From an uncultured Nitrososphaerales archaeon (GTDB lineage: Archaea; Thermoproteota; Nitrososphaeria; Nitrososphaerales; Nitrososphaeraceae), in the NCBI GenBank assembly GCA_963709405.1, contig CAVPXM010000030.1, positions 160,001 through 224,000 on the forward strand: a stretch of 64,000 nt of DNA, read 5' to 3'. Below, piece by piece: positions 57,137 through 64,000 of this stretch (positions within the stretch are counted from its first letter, which is position 1; every line of letters starts with the position of its first letter). The notes beneath the pieces were generated by a model, which saw only the letters and a list, made by a program, of their open reading frames with translations, had not been told where the DNA came from and searched no databases. The position numbers and the translations under genes are program-made.

Positions 57137-57352
57137 TTATTCCTTGTCCGCTACGGAAGTGGTAGACATTGTATATCCTATCCATGCCATAACAGATACA
57201 ACTGCGCCAACTGCAACAATAATACTAATCTTTAGGACTAAGATATCCCATTTACTAGCCAGTATTAGATATAGGTATATGACGAAGCCTATGATTGACA
57301 TTGCTAGGATCATAATCCCAGTAATTCTAGAACGCGTAGGGCTCGGTTTCAT
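57137..57352 (-). CDS. Small conserved archaeal two-TM protein
   Basis: Two TM helices ending MAWIGYTMSTT. Confidence 0.7.
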   Translation of the reverse strand: MKPSPTRSRITGIMILAMSIIGFVIYLYLILASKWDILVLKISIIVAVGAVVSVMAWIGYTMSTTSVADKE

Positions 57353-57382
57353 TAGATAATGGATAGGGTTTCTATCTTAACC

Positions 57383-57904
57383 TCAATTAAATTCCAGGGC
57401 CATCAGAAAGGCGTCTTCTCCATCTCTATAGTACGAGCGTAATTTGGATTTTATTTGAAAGCCAAGATTTTCATACATTATTATAGCTGGTTTGTTACTG
57501 AGACGCACCTCTAGATAAATCTCATCGCATCGCCGATTAATGATTCCATTAATACCTTCAACCATTAGTGCTTTACCAAGACCCTTCGTACGATGCTCCT
57601 CCAACACCGCAACTGAAACTACGTGGCCTTTCTTAACAAAGCCAAGTTTTCTGAAATTGGAAAATCCATACTCAATTTTACACATGATATATCCGACAAC
57701 CTTATTTTCTAATTCCGCAACAATGAACGATTCGGGTAGTTCTCTTAGTGTTGATTCAAAGAAATAATCAGAGTAGTGTTCAGGTAGAGTATCAATATTA
57801 ACATTAACTACGGCTTCCAGATCCTTCATTTCGCAACGACGGATTAGATATTCTCGTACTCTCCTGAGGGTTGATTGCAAATTGATGAACTTATGACAGA
57901 ACAA
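57383..57904 (-). CDS. N-terminal acetyltransferase (Ard1/RimI family)
   Basis: LPEHY, GHVVSVAV, LEVRLSN, YYRDGEDA. Confidence 0.92.
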   Translation of the reverse strand: MFCHKFINLQSTLRRVREYLIRRCEMKDLEAVVNVNIDTLPEHYSDYFFESTLRELPESFIVAELENKVVGYIMCKIEYGFSNFRKLGFVKKGHVVSVAVLEEHRTKGLGKALMVEGINGIINRRCDEIYLEVRLSNKPAIIMYENLGFQIKSKLRSYYRDGEDAFLMALEFN

Positions 57905-57956
57905 ATTATTTAACCTTACCAGGCATGGCTCTCAATAATTGCCCATCACTCTGAGG

Positions 57957-58670
57957 TTACAAATTCTTCGTAACGTCTTCCTTACTTTTGAATCTAGACA
58001 TAAGAAAGGGCTGATCCAATTTCAGTAGATTTGCTAAAATCAAACAAATAATTAATCCCCACACAAAGCCACCAATTATGTCCGAAAGGTAGTGCTCCAT
58101 CATATATAATCTGGCAAAGGCGTTTATTATAGGGAATAGCCATATTAGTAAGCCTCCTATCATTGATCTCCTGGAAATTACAAAACCCGCGATAAAAGCT
58201 AATGCCGTAGTCGATGCTACGTGGTTCGAGGGATAGCCAAAATCCCGTGCAGATGGCGCAAAGCTATCATCTTCTATCGAAAAATGTTTGGGAATGTGCA
58301 ATACCGGTTTGTATAAATGTGAGGGAGAGGACCTTCCAAAGAGCGTTTTCAAGTACATCGTTGAGATGGAAATAATTACAATTGCCATCAAAAAGACCAA
58401 TCCTGCCTTACGTGTTCGTCTAATTATTGTCAGTACTATAGCTACTATAAGCAAAGAAAAAATGTCGCCCAAAGATGCAATGCCAATCATTAATTGATCA
58501 AACTGCTGGCTGCCCTCTAGCGATAGAAAAAATTTGGCGACATTGCTATCGATTGTTGACATGAGGCCTGTTTCTACTGCAATACTAAATATAGTAAAAA
58601 AAATAATCAAAGATACAAATTGTGGAGAACGAAGACTAAATAGCCAAGGTGTCGATGTCATTTCTGGCAC
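57957..58670 (-). CDS. PAP2-family membrane phosphatase
   Basis: K..FGR..P, YPSNH, RLYMMEHYLSDIIGG. Confidence 0.85.
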   Translation of the reverse strand: MPEMTSTPWLFSLRSPQFVSLIIFFTIFSIAVETGLMSTIDSNVAKFFLSLEGSQQFDQLMIGIASLGDIFSLLIVAIVLTIIRRTRKAGLVFLMAIVIISISTMYLKTLFGRSSPSHLYKPVLHIPKHFSIEDDSFAPSARDFGYPSNHVASTTALAFIAGFVISRRSMIGGLLIWLFPIINAFARLYMMEHYLSDIIGGFVWGLIICLILANLLKLDQPFLMSRFKSKEDVTKNL

Positions 58671-59038
58671 TGAAAATTCTATGATTACAAATTCGTCTTA
58701 TTTGCTTTATTTGTTTTGTTTATCGAACATGTCATGCAGGAGTAGCAATATGTTCGTTATTATTATTATATCTCGGTTGCTCCCATATCTCTATCTAGGA
58801 ATATGATAGGCTCTGAAGTTTGTACGATTATCTACAGATGTTATTAATCTCCGTATTTGAGATTCTGGGATTAGAATCAGGATGTGCTGTAAATTCTATC
58901 CTCCAATATGTGGTTGCTGTCATGGCCCGCATAACTCCGTAACCCGACGTCCTTGGTTCTGAGCCATGGTTATTCGCAAACCTTCATCTCGCATTATAAA
59001 CCTCTTTTGAAGGTTATTCAATCTTCAAATGCGATTTT

Positions 59039-59467
59039 TTAATAGAGTTTTGATTCATCTTGAATTTTTTTTGCGGATCCGGGATCTTTATCTGCATAAT
59101 ACTTTACCATACCTAACTTTAGGACTTTGAGTGAAAGCAGTGCACATTTTATTCGTGCGGGGCCTAAATTCATTAGTCCAATATTCTCCAATACATCCTC
59201 CTTTGCAATGTCCTTTACGGCACTCAGTGGCTTGTTGAGAACTTGTTCAGTTAACATAGAGGCGCTTGCTTGACTTATTGCACACCCCCTGCCTTCAAAT
59301 TTGATGTCTTTTATTATATCTTCCTCTACTTTGAGATGAATGTCAATTTCATCTCCGCATAGTGGGTTGCTATCATGTATGCTTATATCAGCATTAGGCA
59401 GATTGCCCTTATTTCTTGGATTTCTGTAATGGTCGAGTATGATCTCTCGATAAATGTCTTCACTCAG
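59039..59467 (-). CDS. sufU: SufU/IscU Fe-S scaffold protein (apparent CTG start)
   Basis: Frame open beyond the ORF call: SEDIYREIILDHYRNPRNKG, NPLCGDEI, GCAISQAS, RIKCA. Confidence 0.9.
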   Translation of the reverse strand: MSEDIYREIILDHYRNPRNKGNLPNADISIHDSNPLCGDEIDIHLKVEEDIIKDIKFEGRGCAISQASASMLTEQVLNKPLSAVKDIAKEDVLENIGLMNLGPARIKCALLSLKVLKLGMVKYYADKDPGSAKKIQDESKLY

Positions 59468-60720
59468 ATCCCGAATAACCTCCTAGCATCGTTAAGCGCA
59501 TTTATGAATATATCTATCTCTTCTCGTGTGTTATAAATATAAAAGCTTGCTCTGGATGTTGCCGAAACGTCAAATTTCTCCATCAAAACTTGAGCGCAAT
59601 GATGACCAGATCTAATAGCAATACCGTGGTCGTTTAAAATCGTAGCGAGGTCGTGCGGATGAATGTCACCCAAGTTAAATGAAATGACTCCTCCTTTATT
59701 TTTGGTATCCAGCGGACCATATAGAGTCATTCCCTTGATATCCTTCATGGCTTCTATTGCATATTTAGTTAATTCAATCTCATGATCTCTAATCTTATCC
59801 ATTCCAAGTTGATTCAAATAATCTATAGCGGCTCCAAAACCAATCACATCCGCAATATTCGGTGTGCCTGCCTCGAATTTATACGGAAGATCATTATATA
59901 CTGTCTCGTACTTGTGGACTTCCTTGATCATGTCTCCTCCGCTTATAAAGGGCGGCAACTTTTCCAATATATTCTTCTTGGCATACAAAACACCTACTCC
60001 GGTAGGCCCTAACATTTTATGAGCAGAGAATACCATAAAATCACAATCTGTAGCTTGCACATCTACAGGCATATGGGGTACTGATTGTGCTGCATCAATC
60101 AATACCGGTACATCTCGTTCATGAGCCATCTTGATGATCTTTCTAATAGGCAGTATTGTACCCAGCACATTTGACATCTCGCTAATGGAAATCAACCTCG
60201 TATTCTTTGCCTGGAGAATTTTCTCGCAACCATCCATATCCAAACAGCCCCGATGGTCGACTTCGATATAGTTCAAAGATGCTCTCTTTTGTTTACAAAG
60301 TATCTGCCATGGGACAATATTGCTATGGTGTTCTAGTTCGGTTATAACGATCTTGTCATCTTTGTGGACATTTTCAGAACCCCAAGCATGAGACACTAGG
60401 TTTATTGCTTCGGTGGCGTTTCGAGTGAATATTATCTCGTCAGTAGAAGAAGAATTGATAAATTTTGCAACTTTGTCTCGCGTAGCTTCGTAGGCATGTG
60501 TTGCCTCTTCTGCCATCTGATGGACTGCCCTATGAATATTAGAGTTATAATTCATATAGTAATCTCCGATTGCCTCAATCACAGACAAGGGTTTTTGTGT
60601 TGTAGCTGCATTATCAAAGTACACCAGGGGCTTACCTCTAATCTTCCGACTAAGTATCGGGAAATCCTTTCTAATCCTGTGAACACTAAGTGCCCCCTTT
60701 TGCATCAATCCATAATTCAC
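59464..60720 (-). CDS. sufS: Cysteine desulfurase
   Basis: FDNAATTQKP, SAHKMLGPTG, RSGHHCA. Confidence 0.95.
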   Translation of the reverse strand: MNYGLMQKGALSVHRIRKDFPILSRKIRGKPLVYFDNAATTQKPLSVIEAIGDYYMNYNSNIHRAVHQMAEEATHAYEATRDKVAKFINSSSTDEIIFTRNATEAINLVSHAWGSENVHKDDKIVITELEHHSNIVPWQILCKQKRASLNYIEVDHRGCLDMDGCEKILQAKNTRLISISEMSNVLGTILPIRKIIKMAHERDVPVLIDAAQSVPHMPVDVQATDCDFMVFSAHKMLGPTGVGVLYAKKNILEKLPPFISGGDMIKEVHKYETVYNDLPYKFEAGTPNIADVIGFGAAIDYLNQLGMDKIRDHEIELTKYAIEAMKDIKGMTLYGPLDTKNKGGVISFNLGDIHPHDLATILNDHGIAIRSGHHCAQVLMEKFDVSATSRASFYIYNTREEIDIFINALNDARRLFGI

Positions 60721-60839
60721 TGGTAAGTAGACAGAATCGATATGAGCACTGTGATATTTAAATTAGATTTCAGGGAATACTCAATTATCAAAAGAAGTCG
60801 TCAATGCAATATGTTACCCAAAAATTCGAGATTCCATTT

Positions 60840-61793
60840 TCACTTATAAAGCCAACACCGGACGAATCCATTTTCGAGTTCGATCTGAGGAGGATCTTTT
60901 CTACACAACTCTTTGGCGTGTGGACAGCGCGAAAAATATTTACATCCAACAGGAAGCTCGAGCATGTTTGGAGAACTTCCGGCAATAAACTGTAAGTCTT
61001 TATGGACAGAATGGAGTCTAGGAATGGAACCGATTAAGGCTTGAGTATATGGATGTTTGGGACTAACATAAAGGTCCTTTGAACTGCCAAATTCTACCAG
61101 TTGGCCAGCATACATTACCCCTATCTTGTCAGCAAACTCTAAAATCAAATTTAGATCGTGAGTTATAAGTATGACTGTCAAGCCTCTCTTCTTCCTTAAT
61201 GTTTTGAGCAAATCCATAATCTGTGCTTGAACCAAAACGTCTAGAGCAGTCGTGGGCTCGTCTGCAATCACTATATCTGGATCAAGTAGCAATGCCATCG
61301 CTATCACAACCCGTTGTTTCATGCCGCCACTCAATTCATGGGGATATCTAGACGCGATAGACGGATCGAGACCTACTTGCTTCAATGAATTATAGATTAG
61401 TGGCTCCTGATCAATATCGATTCTGTGCTCCCTGAGGATTTCGCTCATTTGGCTTCCGATCGTATAAACAGGATCTAAAGTGTTCATCGCACCTTGAAAG
61501 ACCATGGCAATTTTTTTCCAGCGTACTTTTTTGTCAAAGTCAGCGTCTGTCATTTTAGAAATATTCTGTCCACGGAGTAGAATATTACCACCAACGATCT
61601 TGCCTGGCGGCTGCAATGATCTCAAGAGGGCTAAACCAAGGGTGCTTTTGCCAGATGCTGTTTCGCCAGCTATACCAATTGACTCATTTTCTCTGATCTC
61701 AAAGCTCACTTTATCTACCGCTTTAATAATACCTTCTCTTGTGACATAATGCGCTTCAAGTGAATCAACTACCAGCTTTCTTGTCTCAGACAT
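60840..61793 (-). CDS. Oligopeptide/dipeptide ABC transporter ATP-binding protein (OppD/DppD type)
   Basis: GETASGKS, YPHELSGGMKQR, ADEPTTALD, HPYTQAL, Cys-rich tail. Confidence 0.92.
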   Translation of the reverse strand: MSETRKLVVDSLEAHYVTREGIIKAVDKVSFEIRENESIGIAGETASGKSTLGLALLRSLQPPGKIVGGNILLRGQNISKMTDADFDKKVRWKKIAMVFQGAMNTLDPVYTIGSQMSEILREHRIDIDQEPLIYNSLKQVGLDPSIASRYPHELSGGMKQRVVIAMALLLDPDIVIADEPTTALDVLVQAQIMDLLKTLRKKRGLTVILITHDLNLILEFADKIGVMYAGQLVEFGSSKDLYVSPKHPYTQALIGSIPRLHSVHKDLQFIAGSSPNMLELPVGCKYFSRCPHAKELCRKDPPQIELENGFVRCWLYK

Positions 61794-62028
61794 TATTAGT
61801 GTTAAAAGAAAATTCACCAATCACCGATAATAAATGATCTGCGTCTATGGAGCAAAAAATATTTGCAACTTATAAAGGATGGAAATAGATAATTCATAAA
61901 AGCTTTAACTAGTTCCAAATTGGGTTTCGTAGCCACAGCTTGCTTATTGGCTTTACCTGTCGAGAGAAGAAAAATTACATAAGAGGTTATATAACAGAAA
62001 ATTCTCAGATATCATAATTCTATGATGA

Positions 62029-62556
62029 GTGATTGCTTTGAAAACGCCTATATGTTCTTTTGATGCCAAAACCGGGGTCCTCTGTGCTAAATGCGAGTCA
62101 AAGGTCAACTCTGGGCTCCTAAAATCCTCTGACGTGGAGGCGGCCATGAAGCTAGCCAAGCTTGCCGAACACGATCCCAATATAAATCGATTCACTTTAA
62201 TTGGTGCGAACAAGGTTGATGACGTTTTTGTATTGATTTTGAAAAGTTCAGATATTATGTTGATCAGAGGAAATTCCGATGTAGAGAAGAAAATCAAAAA
62301 AGAATTCCAGTCTAGAGTATGGTTTGTCGAAGGGGATTCCACAGATAGAAAGTTTATCGAGAATCTTTTCTTCCCAACAAGAGTTCTAAATATAAATCTG
62401 ATCTGGCTACCCGGTGGCAATAAAGTTACGAAGGTCATAGTTGAACCTAACGACGATTTAAGATCTCAGCTAGATTCGAAGATGATCCAGAAGATTGCCG
62501 AGAAAGTGAAGAATATGGAGTTGGTAATTGAACTTAAACATGCAAAGAACAACTGA
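62029..62556 (+). CDS. Archaeal NusA-like zinc/KH protein
   Basis: PICSFDAKTGVLCAKC, IWLPGG. Confidence 0.75.
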   Translation: MIALKTPICSFDAKTGVLCAKCESKVNSGLLKSSDVEAAMKLAKLAEHDPNINRFTLIGANKVDDVFVLILKSSDIMLIRGNSDVEKKIKKEFQSRVWFVEGDSTDRKFIENLFFPTRVLNINLIWLPGGNKVTKVIVEPNDDLRSQLDSKMIQKIAEKVKNMELVIELKHAKNN

Positions 62557-62568
62557 GACTGAAAAGCT

Positions 62569-63876
62569 ATGACCAGTAATGATACTATTCATAGATCACA
62601 CTTCGCAAACCAAATTGACAAAACCCGGCTGGGGGAAAGAGTGCATATTGCTGGCTGGGTAGACGATATTCGTGATATGGGAAAGCTGGCCTTTTTACTC
62701 ATTCGAGACGTAACTGGAATAGTACAAACGGTAGTTACTGGTGATCACCTCCTGGTCCTAAAGGATCTAACAAGGCACAGCATAGTCATTGTCTCCGGCG
62801 TTATTCAGACTGGAAAAGCAAAGGATTTTGACGTAGAGGTTAAAGTAGACCGTGTTGATATCCTTTCCAAGGCAGTTCACCCTCTTCCTTTAGATCCAAC
62901 TGGAAGGATTGACTCTGCATTAGATACGCGTTTAGATTCAAGGGCACTAGATCTGAGGAACCCTAAGGTTTCAGAAATCTTTCGTTTGAGATCTTATGTA
63001 ACTCGGGTGATTAGATCCATATTGCAATCTAATCGATTTGTTGAAGTATCTACTCCAAAAATCATTGGCACCGCTAGCGAAGGTGGAGCGAATTTGTTTT
63101 CGGTAAAATACTTTGATACGGTAGCTTATCTGGCCCAGAGCCCGCAACTCTATAAAGAGCAACTAATTTTGTCGTTGGATAGGGTATTTGAAATTGGTCC
63201 CTATTTTAGAGCTGAGAAGTCACACACGGTAAGACATCTCAGCGAATTCGTCAGCGTTGATATTGAGGCGGCATTCCTTGATGCTACTGACGTGATGGAC
63301 ATAGCAGAGCAGCTAATTGTAAATGTTTTGAAAGAGGTCCAACAGACCATTGAAGAGGGTAGATCAACAAATTTAGACAAAGACATGATTCGTAGTCTGA
63401 CCCAATCCAAAATTGAGCGAATATCATACAAATATTGTATAGATGAATTGAATGATGAAGGGGAACAAATCGAGTTTGGCGATGACTTGTCTGACGCGGC
63501 ATTACGAAAACTCGGTCAATTTCATAAGGGGTTTTACTTCATAACTGATTGGCCTTTAAAACTGAAACCATTTTACATCCACGAGAAGGAGAACGATCCG
63601 TTTCTTTCAGAATCTTTTGACTTGCAATTCGGATACCTTGAATTGGTATCTGGAGGAAGGAGACAACATGATTATGATAAACTACGTCGAAGAATTATAG
63701 ATCAGGGATTAGATCCTGCCAGGTTTGCTGATCATCTGAAGGCGTTTGAGTGGGGGATGCCCCCGCATTCAGGTTGGGGTCTTGGGCTCGACAGGTTGAT
63801 GATGATATTAGCAAATGCACAAAATGTTAGAGAAGTAGTGTTGTTTCCCCGAGATACTCAACGTCTGCGTCCTTAA
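62569..63876 (+). CDS. aspS: Aspartate--tRNA(Asp/Asn) ligase, archaeal type
   Basis: OB fold, YLAQSPQLYK, FRAE, GMPPHSGWGLGLDR, FPRD. Confidence 0.96.
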   Translation: MTSNDTIHRSHFANQIDKTRLGERVHIAGWVDDIRDMGKLAFLLIRDVTGIVQTVVTGDHLLVLKDLTRHSIVIVSGVIQTGKAKDFDVEVKVDRVDILSKAVHPLPLDPTGRIDSALDTRLDSRALDLRNPKVSEIFRLRSYVTRVIRSILQSNRFVEVSTPKIIGTASEGGANLFSVKYFDTVAYLAQSPQLYKEQLILSLDRVFEIGPYFRAEKSHTVRHLSEFVSVDIEAAFLDATDVMDIAEQLIVNVLKEVQQTIEEGRSTNLDKDMIRSLTQSKIERISYKYCIDELNDEGEQIEFGDDLSDAALRKLGQFHKGFYFITDWPLKLKPFYIHEKENDPFLSESFDLQFGYLELVSGGRRQHDYDKLRRRIIDQGLDPARFADHLKAFEWGMPPHSGWGLGLDRLMMILANAQNVREVVLFPRDTQRLRP

Positions 63877-64000
63877 ACTGGTTCTATATCAACATCTTCT
63901 AATTCACCTTCGAGGATAAACGCCCTAAATTCACGTGTTGTACTAGAATAAATTAGCCATACCATGGGATTAATTCTCATGAATTCCTTGTCGGTCGAAG
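63873..64000 (-). CDS. Probable JAB/Mov34 metalloprotease, C-terminal fragment (partial)
   Basis: STDKEFMRINPMVWLIYS... resembles the PSxxD end of the JAMM motif; only ~40 aa visible. Confidence 0.55.
   Translation of the reverse strand, partial: STDKEFMRINPMVWLIYSSTTREFRAFILEGELEDVDIEPV

Noticed and set aside
25000-63502. Many antisense or overlapping ORFs in the track (e.g. 25000-25422, 37014-37394, 52353-52796, 61953-62438)
   Set aside because: Shadow frames of well-supported genes on the opposite strand

Overview
AT-rich archaeal DNA. Gene content and synteny (TFB, Cdc48, translin, ABCE1, geranylgeranyl reductases, non-discriminating AspRS, unlinked 5S rRNA, transketolase-Rpe fusion) point to an ammonia-oxidising Nitrososphaerota (Nitrososphaeraceae-like) genome; this is an inference. 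Positions ~3.7-21.6 kb form a decaying surface-glycan island: several paralogous glycosyltransferases, a methyltransferase, an AsnB-like gene, a polytopic membrane protein, and relics of wecB, ahcY and an IS5. Positions 22716-24895 hold a cargo-carrying IS6-like element with ~70-bp three-motif inverted ends and an 8-bp target duplication. It sits 8 bp from an orphan end of a related element and directly against the BRE/TATA region of a PadR gene; this is the most unusual signal in the window. Positions ~24.9-64 kb are core genome. Many genes, including essential ones, carry single-base frameshifts, so the assembly is probably indel-prone and broken ORFs alone do not prove pseudogenes. All homology calls come from motif recognition by eye; no searches were run.
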